This document shows positions 1-10,790 of a DNA stretch of 64,000 nucleotides, piece after piece. The DNA is taken from positions 62,001-126,000 of the forward strand of contig NW_003314400.1 in assembly GCF_000143415.4 (NCBI RefSeq), written 5' to 3'. The translations under genes and the position numbers were made by a program. Origin of the DNA: Selaginella moellendorffii (lineage: Eukaryota; Plantae; Lycopodiophyta). The first letter of the stretch is position 1, and each line of letters opens with the position of its first letter. The notes under the pieces were generated by a model that saw only the letters and a program-made list of their open reading frames with translations, had not been told where the DNA came from and searched no databases.

Positions 1-358
1 ATTCCAGAAAGTCAGGGAAGAGCAGTCATTGCATCTCTCCAAGAGGATCACACGGGATTCTTGGTTTCTGATAAACTCTGTCCATGACATGGAGCTGCGA
101 GTTTTTGAAGCGATGAGGGAAGGATTCGGGGCGAAGTTTGTGCCTGTTGGACCATTGTTTCCTCTCAAGGGAGAAGCAATCAATTCAACTGGATTGAAAG
201 AGGTTAGCCTGAGAACTCCAGATGAATCTTGTCTTCCATGGCTAGAGCTCGGTTCTCTATGTTTTGTTTGGAAGCATCTCCTTCATGACTGTCAAGCAAT
301 TTGAGGAGATCACATTGGGATTGGAGGCAAGCAAGGTTCCTTTCCTCTGGGTGATATG
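1..358 (+). pseudogene. UDP-glycosyltransferase pseudogene fragment (runs off window start)
   Basis: Near-identical to 10439-10790 and homologous to 29133-29500; shares the frameshifting deletion after CLPWL with the 10.7-kb copy; truncated before the PSPG box. Confidence 0.85.
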
Positions 359-643
359 ATCTTTGGTAATACTTTAATTATAATAGTATAGTATATGGAC
401 TATCCATTTAAGATTGAATTTATTATTGTATATAAATATTAGTTATTAAGTGAAAATTTATCTGCACGTCCTTCCGCTCCACTTCGCTGCACGTCCTTCC
501 GCTCCACTTCTTATGGGTGATGGTCCTGTTCCAATGGAGGTTGATGCTGCTGCTGCTCGAGTCCAAGGACAAGCGCGAGGACGTGGTCATGGCCGTGATG
601 TTCACTGCTGGGCGTGTGATGAAGTTGGTCATACTTATCGGCG

Positions 644-3600
644 TTGCCGTTGTTTTCCGGATTGGCGACCTCCATTTCCTGGGTGGAGACGTTGGCGTTA
701 GCAACGTCCCCTGGGTGCTGCTGCAGTGGAAGATCTGGACACCGAGATGCATCCGGGAAACGAGGAGTCGCACGAGTAACGGAGGGACCTTGCGCGAATA
801 AATCAGTGACCCCTCCATCTTTCTTTCGGGAGTATCATCAAGGGGTTCACTTGGCACCAGTTCATCTAGTGTTTACTTTCCAAACTCGTTTTTATAACAA
901 GAGGTCTCCTATTCTTCTCTCCGTGTTGGTTGATACAGGTTCGAGTTTATCTTCTATTGCTCGACCTGTTGCCACACGTTGTCGTCTACACTTGCGTCGT
1001 GCAGCAGAACTAGTTTTCATTCTTTATGGCAACGGCCGTACACATGCATGTGCACGGGATGAGGTGGACCTGGTTGTGCGTGTGGGCGATCTCGAGCTTG
1101 AGTTGCAGTCGTTGCGGGTGGTGCCGAGTCAAGCTTTTGACCTCATTCTTGGTATGGATTGGTTGCAGCGCAATCATGCCAAGTGTGACTTTGAGGCTTC
1201 TCCCCCTTATCTCATACTTCCTTATGTTTCATCCATTCCTCTCACTTCTATACCCCTTCGTCCCTCTACTTCTACCTCTGCTTCCATTACTTTTGTTCCC
1301 CCACTCTTTCCTTCTGTGTTTCCATTTTGTTCTGCTTTTTCCTTTTCCGATCCCTCCGACGATCTTTGTGTTGCAGCAGTTGATCGGCTCATGAAGGAGT
1401 ATTCTGATCTCTTTGAATTTGACCTATCGTCTGGGGCCAAGATTGCCACACGACATCCGATTCCAACTAGGGATGCTCGTCCAATCAAGGTTCCTGTTCG
1501 TCGTCAGTCACCTAAGGAGATCAAGATTTTACGAGCAAACGTCAAGGAAATGCTGGAGAAGGGTGTTATTCGGAAGTTGCGGAGTCCTTGGGCATGTGAA
1601 CCTCATCTTGTGACGAAGCCTGATGGGAGTATTTGTTTCTGCATCGACTATCGTCCGTTAAACGAAGTGACGATCCCAAATGTGTATCCTCTTCCTCACA
1701 CTGCTAATCTCTTGGATCGTCTGGGGTGAAGTCGTTGGTTCACCAAGCTAGATCTTGCTTCTGGGTATTGGCAAGTACCGATGGCCGAAGAAGATATTCC
1801 TAAGATTTCTTTTCGTACACCATTTGGTTTGTACGAGTTCTTGGTGATGCCGTTTGGTTTGAACAATGCTCCAGCAACTTTCCAGCGGATGATGGACGAG
1901 GTTCTTTGCGATATGCCGGAGGTGACTACTGACTTCATTGATGATGTCTTGATCCACTCGGAGGGGACGTGGGAGGAGCACGTTCGTGATGTTTGTAAAG
2001 TGTTGGATTGGCTACGCAATGTTGGTTTAAAGCTGAAGCGGTCAAAGTGCGTGTTTGGGTCCAAGGACACAACTTATCTCCGTATTTCTCGTGAGGGTTT
2101 GTAAGTTGATCTTGACAAACTTGTGGCTATTCTAAAGTTCCTTACTCCAAAGTGTGTGAATGATGTGCAGCACTTTTTGGGTAAGGTGCAGTATCTCAGT
2201 CGTTTTGTGGATCATCTTTCCGATCGCACTACACCATTGCGAGCGTTGCTGAAGTCATCAACGTCATCTTTCATCTGGTCTCCGGATTGTGAGCGGGCGT
2301 TCGTGGATCTCAAAGAGCTATTGACAACTCCGGTTTTGGCATATCCTAACTACACTCGACCTTTTATTTTGCGCGTGAATGCTTCTGACATTGGTTTTGG
2401 AGGTGTGTTGATGCAAGAGAGCTCGAGTGTGCCTGGTCAGCGCCATCCCATTGCATACATAAGCCGTACATTACAACCAGCAGAGATGAACTACTCCACG
2501 ATGGAGAAGGAGTTTTTAGCAGCAGTCTGGGGTTTCGAGAAACTTCATGCATATCTACATGGTTCTCGGACGTTACTTGAAGGTGATCATGCTGCTGTTA
2601 CTTCATTATTGAAGCGGAAGAACCTGGTTGGTCGTACGGCTCGATAGGCTTTGAAGCTTCAGATATATGATTTCGATGTTGTTCATCGCCCAAGGAGTTC
2701 TATAGCTGATGCTGATGCCCTTTCTCGAGCTCCTCTTCCTTCTCTACTCACTTCTCATGTTTTTGACGAATCTGTTGTTCCAACATCTGTGGATTTTCTA
2801 GATGAGGATTCTGTGCCATCGGCGGTTGCTGTCCTTGACGTTCAGTGTCCACAGGGCGCAGAGCAAGATCTACCTTCTCTTGATGAGGTTCGTAAGGCTT
2901 AAAAAATTGAGCCGTGGATTTGAAGGCTTCGAGATGGGTTTGAGAATCCTGCATCACTTGCTGATGACTTGCCTTTCCAGCATTTACATTCTCAATATCG
3001 CCTTGAAGATGGCCTTCTTTATTTTGTGGGGACGGATCCTGATGATCATTTACGGTTGGTGGTGCCTTCGGTGTTTATTCCGCGGTTTCTCCATGCCTAC
3101 CATGATTCTCCTGTTCTAGGTGGGCATATGGGACACCGTCATGTCACCGAGAAGCTGCGCAGGTCTTTCTATTGGCCGGAGATGCGACGTGATATTATCC
3201 GGTATGTGCGTAGCTGCGTTTGGTGCCAAGCTCGTAATACTCCCCCTTGTGCTGCAGAAGGACGGTTGGAGTCAATTGCAGTTTCCCGTCCGTTTGAGTT
3301 GGTGGTGTTTGATCTTATGGGACCTTTTCCACGATCGACTGCTGGCAATGAGTATGTTATTATTGCTTCTGACTACTTGACTCGTTGGGTGGAAGTTGGT
3401 GCTCTTGCTAGCGCCTCTGCAATTGCTGTTGGATACTTCCTCCTCAATCGAGTGGTGTTCCAGCATTCTTGTCCAGAGCGGATTCTTTCGGATAATGGTC
3501 CTGCATTTATGGCTGAGGTATTTCATGTTTTGACATCTCGGTTGGGGATACGCCACACTTTTACGAGTGCTTATCATCCACAATCAGACGGTCTAGTGGA

Positions 3601-4234
3601 ACGGCTCGTTCGAACATTCAAAGGGATGATTGCGAAGTATGTGAACTTTCAGCATTCAGATTGGGATGGTTATTTGCCGTCTCTTCGGTATGCCTATGTC
3701 ACAGGGGTGCAGAGTTCTGTTGGTGCTTCACCATATAAACTTCTATATGGTCATGATCCAATATTACGAATAGAGCTGGGTTTACCTTCGCGATTGCCAC
3801 GAGCTCCTGATGCTAGGTCATGGGATTAATATTTGACAAGCATTCTTCCACTTGTCCGAGCAGAGTCTGCCGAACACTTAGGCCGCGTACAAGTGGGACA
3901 ACAACAGTGCTACAACTCCCATCATCGTCCACTTGTGGAGTACAAAGTGGATGATTTGGTGTTAGTCCGTTTTCCCCATCTTATGGTACGTGGTTTATAT
4001 AAGGGGCTCCTTGCACAGTGGAAAGGACCGTATCAGGTGTTGCGGCAAGTTGGACTGCAAGTTTATGAGGTTCGGCATGACATTCAGCAGGCCGATCCTC
4101 CGGAGATTGTGCATATGCAACGGTTAAAACGCTTCATACAAAGGGATCAGGAGCAGTTAATACCGTCTACAGATCTGCCTATGCCTCCTCTTGACGTTCC
4201 TCCAGATCCCAGCCCATCTACAAGAGAACCCTGA
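644..4234 (+). pseudogene. pol reading frame with at least six in-frame stops and no frameshifts
   Basis: ORFs 644, 1781, 2123, 2651, 2969 and 3833 share one frame; stops at 1727, 2102, 2645, 2900, 2921, 3827. Confidence 0.9.
755..816 (+). promoter_or_regulatory. -1 programmed ribosomal frameshift signal (G GGA AAC + spacer + predicted H-type pseudoknot) joining gag to pol
   Basis: Heptamer 755-761 is in gag phase and slips into the pol frame (..SGKR..); 6-nt spacer; stem 1 768-776/789-797; stem 2 GGAGGG 781-786/CCCTCC 811-816. Confidence 0.75.
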
Positions 4235-4266
4235 CAGCCTTCCATTATTCCGAGAGGAGGGGATGA

Positions 4267-4441
4267 TGTGAGGGCCAAGTGTACGGCTACAATGCCGTAT
4301 ACTAATATTAGCGTAGTGGATTTTGGTAGCCATCGGATTGGTTTCAATCCGGACCACTCACTCCTGTATATAAGCTAGGGTTTTTTGGGCTAATTGATAT
4401 GCACATTTCTGTATTCCCTTTCCATATTCCATGCACTCACA
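4267..4441 (+). repeat. 3' LTR (175 bp) preceded by polypurine tract
   Basis: PPT GAGAGGAGGGG 4252-4262; ends TGTGAG...CTCACA are inverted; internal TATATAA. Confidence 0.75.
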
Positions 4442-4619
4442 CTTTTATATTTCAATATTTTAAAGTTTGTCAAAACCTTAATTAAAATTTCCTTTATAAA
4501 ACTTATAATTAAGTACACTAACTTGCATTAAGTTAACCTAAACTTGTAAACTTTAACTCAATTTTAGACCAGCTTTAGCTCCTTTCGAGAGGTTTCTTTC
4601 TTCCTACGATCTGCTGGGC

Positions 4620-5330
4620 AATCCCATCGGGTGAAAGAAATTCACAAGATTATTAGCAGCCACAATAGGTCAATGTTTTCCTTGCGAATCTCATGTGGGG
4701 ACATGGTCTAGATTGCCTTCAATCACATCTGCCGACCCAATGTCTTCTGCTCTTGGCGATTGCCCAGAACGAAGCAATGCCCAAGAGAGATGTTACGACA
4801 CTACGCAGGTGATGGGAACTTGGATCAAGCCCAGGAACTGTTTGATCGAATGCCGAGAAGAATGTAGTGGCATGGACTGTGATGGTTACCGCATTTACCC
4901 ATAAAGGGGATCTGGATAGTTCGAAAGAGTTGTTTGATAAGATGCCTGAGAGAAATCCGGTTTCTTGAGGTGCTCTGATATCGGCTTACGCAGTGCACAA
5001 CCAGCTTGAAGAAGTGAAGCATTTTTTTTTATGCGATGGAGAAATCAAACATTCACGTCTACACTGTGATGATCACTGCGTATGCCAAAGCAGGGGAAAT
5101 TGAAAATACGGAGAGGATGTTTGCTCTCATGCCTGAGAAGGACGTAATCGCTCAAACTACAATGCTGCAAGCGTTTTCTCACAATGGTCTTGTTGAGAAG
5201 GCAAGCAAGATCTTTGATGTAATCCTTGACAAGTATGAAATGGCTTGGAACGATATGATCAATTGCATATGCTCAAAAAGGGCAAGCATTTTGTGCAAAG
5301 CAAGTGTTTGATTCCACGCCCGCAAAGAAA
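4620..5330 (+). pseudogene. PLS-class PPR pseudogene fragment
   Basis: [17 protein letters not shown]-like and YTVMITAYAKAG..MFALMPEKDV motifs with frameshifts; paralog of the minus-strand fragment at 26860-27400. Confidence 0.75.
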
Positions 5331-5659
5331 CAAAACATCGTGACTTAGAACTCAATGCTCTCGCTGTTTAATCTCTGAGCTCTAGAGCTGCTGAAAACCA
5401 TGCAGCTCGAAAGGATCAAACCAAACGAGATAACTTTCATCACAGCACTGGGTGCCTGTGCTGACGCCGGCAAGCTTGAAACTGGACAAGCGTTCCACGC
5501 CAAGATCATCGATCAAGGACCAATGCATCCAGGTCTTGCTGGTGAATATGTATGGGAAATGCCGTAGACTGTCACAGTCTTCAACCAAACCCAAGCGAGC
5601 CTCCGCAACACTATTTTCTGGATTGTGATGATCATGGCTTTTGAAGACAACCACCAGTT

Positions 5660-5900
5660 TCTGGTCGTGCGCTTCATAGGCTGATATCAGAGCACCCCAA
5701 AAAATTTCTCTCCTGTCAAGCAACTCTATTTCGCAATCAAAGTCCCCTTTCTGGGTACCATCACAGTCCATGCCACTACATTCTTCTCGGGCATTTGATC
5801 AAACAGTTCCTGGGTTTGATCCAAGTTCCCATCAGCTGCATAGTGTCGCATCATCACGACCCCGGAGCAGCCCAGTGAAGAAAGAAACCTCTCGAAAGGA
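5660..5900 (-). pseudogene. PLS-class PPR pseudogene fragment
   Basis: [29 protein letters not shown]; duplicate of 27070-27400. Confidence 0.75.
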
Positions 5901-6297
5901 CCTTTTGTGAAACTTCTATATAAGAGTTCCAAGAATTAGGGTTTGATAGGATTCTTATGGGTCATACCAAAGAATTAGTTGTAGAACTCCCAAGGGTAAT
6001 GAACGTGGAGAAGATTTTATTCTCTTCCAACACCAACAATCTAGAGTGTGAAGTATTTGGGAAAGAGGATCAAGGCAGAGAGTGGAAGTTTTTGGGTAAA
6101 ACAGGTCGAGAAGCAAGATTCAAGCTCACCAAGCTGAGATTCATCCTTGTCAAGCCTCTCTCTGGATTTGAGGTATCTACGATTGTGAGTTTTTATAGCA
6201 AGGACAATGCCCAGAAGCCTGTGGAGGAGTTGGAGTTGAAATACATTAACCCTCAAAAGGTGGACTATCAAAATCCTTTTGAAGTTGGCCAGCTTTC

Positions 6298-6726
6298 TGA
6301 AGCTCGAAAGGAAAACCCCAAGCCCCAACACTACTAGTCTAGAACCCAAGGATCTTTCCACTTGGAAAGTAGCACACACTGCTTTGCCAAAAGGTAGGAT
6401 GGTTTGCATTGAATGGATGTGAGTATATAAACACAAGGAAGGGTTGCGACCCTTGAGTCGAGGATCAGTGATGTGTCCAAAGGAGGCATCCCTTGGAACC
6501 TTGTGTCAACAAAGTAAGGGATGTGACTTATGGATCACTGAGGTGGCGGAGACTCAGTGACCCTTGGTGGAGATTGATGAAGTGTCGAAGGGGTGCCACC
6601 TAAGGATGGTCTAAACCCAAGGTTTAGCCCTAACCCAAGGATTAGTACTAACCTTAAGCCCAAACTCACCACTTAGGCTCAACCTTAGCCCAAGCTAAGT
6701 ATTTAGGCCATTTTTGGGGTGCGACA
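6298..6726 (-). repeat. 3' LTR (429 bp)
   Basis: Direct repeat of 8778-9206; adjacent to the PPT. Confidence 0.97.
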
Positions 6727-8665
6727 TCACCCCCCCTCCAATAGTGCTACGTCCCGGAGCACTCTCCTCCTCACTCCCTTGAGATGGATAAAATGTCTCC
6801 GGCGGGTAGTACTTCCGTAGGCGAGACCCGTTCACGCGAGTAGAAAGAGAAGTTCCTTCCATATCCTTGAGTTGCACAGAGCCGTTTGGAAACACAGCTT
6901 CCACTCGATATGGTCCAATCCAGCGAACTCGAAGTTTGCCAGGTCGCTTCCAATACTTACTCTCGTAGAGAAGTACTAGGTCACCCTCGTTGAAGAGCTT
7001 GAGACGAAGGAATCGGTCATACCATGCCTTCCTTCTTTTCTGGATAGCTTCCCGAGTTTGGAAAGCAAGTTGACGTCGCTCGTCCAACTTATCAAGCTGC
7101 TCCAACCTAGCTTGAAGAGCTCCATCCCAATCCATTGCGTGTTCCACCGCCATCCGCATGGAAGGAATCTCAAGCTCCAATGGCAACACCGCTTCTTGTC
7201 CGTAGACCAATTGAAAAGGTGAAGCATGAGTAGTTACCTTATAGGCAACACGATAAGCCCAAAGAGTGTCGAGCAACCGCTTATCCCAATCGCTTATCCG
7301 TTGTTGCTGCTGAGGCATTCCTCCTGGTGTAGCATGGATGTAAGCTGCTTGAACCTGATTCCCCGGCTTATAGTGGCAATCTTCTGATCTATGATTCGCT
7401 CGCTTGCAATGCTTGCAACGAGGTATAGCATCTTGCGGGCATTCGTTGGGATAATGCCCGTAACTTCGGCAACGAACACACCAAATGTTGTCCCTGGTCT
7501 TCTGCTGTCGTCCGGGGCTTTGGACTCCCTTAATCCAATTGAGCTGGAGGTCCGACATCTTCTGAGTAAGGGTTTCCACCAAACTTTCTTGTGCTTTCTT
7601 CACTTCGGCTTGTACTTTAGCTTTCACATCCGGAACCGGTGATTGTTGATAAATGCCATAAGGCATTTGCTGCTGCATCATGGGAGAAGGAACTTGACCA
7701 GGTACCGTTGAGTATGCCATCTTTGTATAGTCCATAGTTCCCATTCCCGCAGGTGCAACTCCTCCGTGGAGTCCACTTGTTGAATACATGGCTGGATTCG
7801 TCGTAGCCATGTTGGCCATAGGATTGGCCGATGAACTCCCCGAGCTCATCATTTGACGATTCACTCCAAGATGGGCTTGTTCCCAATTCCCAGCAAAAGC
7901 TATTGCGGTATTCAAGTCCGCTGGGCTTTGGCACTTCACGTGAATCTTCAAAGGGAGGGGAAGACCTCCCACAAAGTATCTCACTTGCTCTTCTGCCGTA
8001 GGTTGTGGAGTTCTCTTGAGCAAGAGACCTTTGAATCGCAAGGTATAACTTTGTAAGCTCTCTCCGGGCAACATTTGGAAATCATAGAGGCTATCCATGA
8101 TCCATTGATTGAATCCAACAGGTCGAAACGCTGTTAGGAACGCTGCTCGCAACGCTACCCAATCAGCTCCTGCCGGAATAGTGGTCATCCACTCCGCCGC
8201 CACTCCAAGAAGGGTAGCAGGAAATAGCTTCCTCCTTTCCACGGCTCCAGCTTCATCATTTGCTGTAGTGGTGTTCTCAAATGCCATCACGTGAGCGTCT
8301 GGATCTCCAACTCCCGTGAAGGTAGAGTATTTCATCTTTGTTGTCGCGGTTGCCATTGCTTGTGGTGGTTGTTGTTGTTGTTGCTGACCTTGTCCTTGTG
8401 CTTGTGGTGGTGATGGTGGTGGTGTAGGAGGTGATATCACAACCTCCTCTTGCTCTTCTTCTTCTTCTTCTTGTTCTTCTCTAGATGATCCAACCGGAGA
8501 TGTCTCTCGGCTTGGTCTTGGGCTTGTCTCCGGAGTGGGTGTAGGGCCTTGTCTCCTACGATACCTCTCCTCCCGGAATAACCTTTGTGCTTCTCTTCTC
8601 TCGGCTTCTTGTTGTCTCTCCTCAAGCAATTTCTGGTACTCGTACTGCGAACGGCGCATACACAC
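6695..8665 (-). CDS. Gag (capsid-like domain + two CCHC knuckles) fused in frame to the integrase C-terminus (GPY/F); no PR, RT, RNase H or DDE core
   Basis: FTGVGDPDAHVMAFE..AAEW..FQMLPGESLQSYTLRF gag; CVRCRSYGHYPNEC and CKHCKRANHRSEDC; then DWDKRLLDTLWAYR..SPFQLVYG..WIGPYRV..VNGSRLRKY. The start codon is uncertain. Confidence 0.9.
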   Translation of the reverse strand: MCMRRSQYEYQKLLEERQQEAERREAQRLFREERYRRRQGPTPTPETSPRPSRETSPVGSSREEQEEEEEEQEEVVISPPTPPPSPPQAQGQGQQQQQQPPQAMATATTKMKYSTFTGVGDPDAHVMAFENTTTANDEAGAVERRKLFPATLLGVAAEWMTTIPAGADWVALRAAFLTAFRPVGFNQWIMDSLYDFQMLPGESLQSYTLRFKGLLLKRTPQPTAEEQVRYFVGGLPLPLKIHVKCQSPADLNTAIAFAGNWEQAHLGVNRQMMSSGSSSANPMANMATTNPAMYSTSGLHGGVAPAGMGTMDYTKMAYSTVPGQVPSPMMQQQMPYGIYQQSPVPDVKAKVQAEVKKAQESLVETLTQKMSDLQLNWIKGVQSPGRQQKTRDNIWCVRCRSYGHYPNECPQDAIPRCKHCKRANHRSEDCHYKPGNQVQAAYIHATPGGMPQQQQRISDWDKRLLDTLWAYRVAYKVTTHASPFQLVYGQEAVLPLELEIPSMRMAVEHAMDWDGALQARLEQLDKLDERRQLAFQTREAIQKRRKAWYDRFLRLKLFNEGDLVLLYESKYWKRPGKLRVRWIGPYRVEAVFPNGSVQLKDMEGTSLSTRVNGSRLRKYYPPETFYPSQGSEEESAPGRSTIGGGVMSHPKNGLNT

Positions 8666-8777
8666 CCCTCCTTTAGTGAAGTCGCCGAGCTGTCTTCGGC
8701 TACCGAGCTGTCTTCGGATTCTTCACTCCATCGGCAGAGCAGCAATGTGCATACTTTCCCGGGCAGTGCACCAGAAA

Positions 8778-9206
8778 TGAAGCTCGAAAGGAAAACCCCA
8801 AGCCCCAACACTACTAGTCTAGAACCCAAGGATCTTTCCACTTGGAAAGTAGCACACACTGCTTTGCCAAAAGGTAGGATGGTTTGCATTGAATGGATGT
8901 GAGTATATAAACACAAGGAAGGGTTGCGACCCTTGAGTCGAGGATCAGTGATGTGTCCAAAGGAGGCATCCCTTGGAACCTTGTGTCAACAAAGTAAGGG
9001 ATGTGACTTATGGATCACTGAGGTGGCGGAGACTCAGTGACCCTTGGTGGAGATTGATGAAGTGTCGAAGGGGTGCCACCTAAGGATGGTCTAAACCCAA
9101 GGTTTAGCCCTAACCCAAGGATTAGTACTAACCTTAAGCCCAAACTCACCACTTAGGCTCAACCTTAGCCCAAGCTAAGTATTTAGGCCATTTTTGGGGT
9201 GCGACA
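8778..9206 (-). repeat. 5' LTR (429 bp)
   Basis: Direct repeat of 6298-6726; adjacent to the PBS. Confidence 0.97.
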
Positions 9207-9877
9207 CTTTCCAAGGACACTCTTGTCACAAAAGCAATTGTTCAATCCAATCTCCGGTATTACAAATTCCGGTTGTGGGGCAACATAGAGTATCCCTGCC
9301 AATGGTGGTTTCCAATGGGAGACTACAACCAGGACGATCCCAACCCTAAAACGCGAGAGTTGACCATCAGATACTTTGATGTGAAGAACGAGGGGACGTT
9401 AACGCTGGCACCTCAATGCAAGTTGATTGTTTTTGAGAGGACTTCCACTCGTCACTCAGAGCGTGAGGAATTTGATCTACATAATCTTCCACAAAAGAAG
9501 CAGTCAAATAGAAGGGGTTCTGATAAAAAAACTATCTAAACTCTCTAATCTGAGCTTAAAAGTTTTAAAGGCATTAAAGGTTGTTAAAAGGAATTAGAAT
9601 AATCTTAGTAATAAATTCAACTTTAACTTGTTTGTCTGATTCAGAGTACGAAGTTTTCATGCGACAAATAACACAAGGACAAAACAAATATGTGTCTGCT
9701 AGGCTTCAAGCCAGAATGTAGAATTCTCACCACTTAATATCTGGACTGTATGGTTCCCTATTGCCAATCATACAAATAATGAAAGACAAGACATAGAAGA
9801 AACAACAATGTCCAATTCAGCCCATAAATGCTAGTAGCTCAAAACTCCCTCTTTCTAAACTGGTCTAATCATCATCC

Positions 9878-10790
9878 ATGGGCTCTCTCTCGAAACTTCA
9901 CGTTGTTCTTATCCCACTTCCAGCACAGGGACATGTCATTCCACTCGTCTATCTTGCCCGCAAGCTCGCGCTCCTTGGAGTCACTGTGACCATCATCAAC
10001 GTTGATAGCATCCACGAAACCTTGCAGCAATCCTGGAAGAGCGAGGCCAATCCTGTGAATAATGGCCAGGACATTCGCCTCGAGTCCATCGAGGATCCAC
10101 TTGCGGAGCTCTTGTCCCGGATCGATCGAGAAGCAGAGTCGTCTCGGAATTTTACCATCTCAGTGCTCCACATGATGCAAAAAAAAGGCTGGATTAGCTG
10201 GAGCGAGCTTTTGGCCGGGAAATGCTGCTTGGGCTGCCATCGAATTCCACGTTCCAAAGCTCCTGGAGATGGGAGACGTTCCTGTCAAAGGTAAAGCTTC
10301 GATGAATCTAGAAGTTTGTTCTAAGAAAACATGGAAGTTTTCAAGAATGTGATAGAGGGAGATGACAAGCTGATCTCTTACATCCCTGGAATGGAGCTAA
10401 GATCACAAGATATTCCACTCTTCATGCACGACGGAGAATTCCAGAAAGTCAGGGAAGAGCAGTCATTGCATCTCTCCAAGAGGATCACACGGGATTCTTG
10501 GTTTCTGATAAACTCTGTCCATGACATCGAGCTGCGAGTTTTTGAAGCGATGAGGGAAGGATTCGGGGCGAAGTTTGTGCCTGTTGGACCATTGTTTCCT
10601 CTCAAGGGAGAAGCGATCAATTCAACTGGATTGAAAGAGGTTAGCTTGAGAACTCCAGATGAATCTTGTCTTCCATGGCTAGAGCTCGGTTCTCTATGTT
10701 TTGTTTGGAAGCGTCTCCTTCATGACTGCCAAGCAATTCGAGGAGATCACACTGGGATTGGAGGCAAGCAAGGTTCCTTTCCTGATATGA
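9878..10790 (+). pseudogene. UDP-glycosyltransferase pseudogene
   Basis: HVVLIPLPAQGHVIP N-terminus; internal deletions/frameshifts relative to 28496-29967; no PSPG box. Confidence 0.88.

Larger units (their letters stand above)
460..4441 (+). mobile_element. 5'-truncated, inactivated Ty3/gypsy LTR retrotransposon (gag end, PR, RT, RNase H, IN, PPT, 3' LTR)
   Basis: PVPMEVD + CWACDEVGHTYRRC knuckle; LVDTGSS protease; YPLP, LDLASGYWQ, MPFGLNNAPATFQR, FIDD (RT); NASDIGFGGVL/EKEFLA (RNase H); HHCC, DLMGP, SDNG, GLVER, WKGPY (IN); order PR-RT-RH-IN. Confidence 0.95.
6298..9206 (-). mobile_element. Young non-autonomous Ty3/gypsy-derived LTR element (2909 bp)
   Basis: Two 429-bp LTRs, identical by eye, TG..CA ends; 5-bp TSD CTTTC (6293-6297, 9207-9211); PBS TGGTGCACTGCCCGGGAA (8756-8773, tRNA-Gly-like); PPT GGAGGGGGGG next to the left LTR. 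Confidence 0.97.
5957..9539 (+). pseudogene. Copy of the 27441-28154 orphan gene, split by an LTR element (5957-6297 + 9207-9539)
   Basis: Both halves align with the intact paralog, which has a single CTTTC where this copy has the insertion; its C-terminus also diverges (KKQSNRRGSDKKTI*). Confidence 0.9.

Noticed and set aside
699-707. UAG-CAA stop-codon readthrough in gag
   Set aside because: Context is TAG CAA CGT, not CARYYA; a CAG-to-TAG mutation like the other stops in this element is simpler
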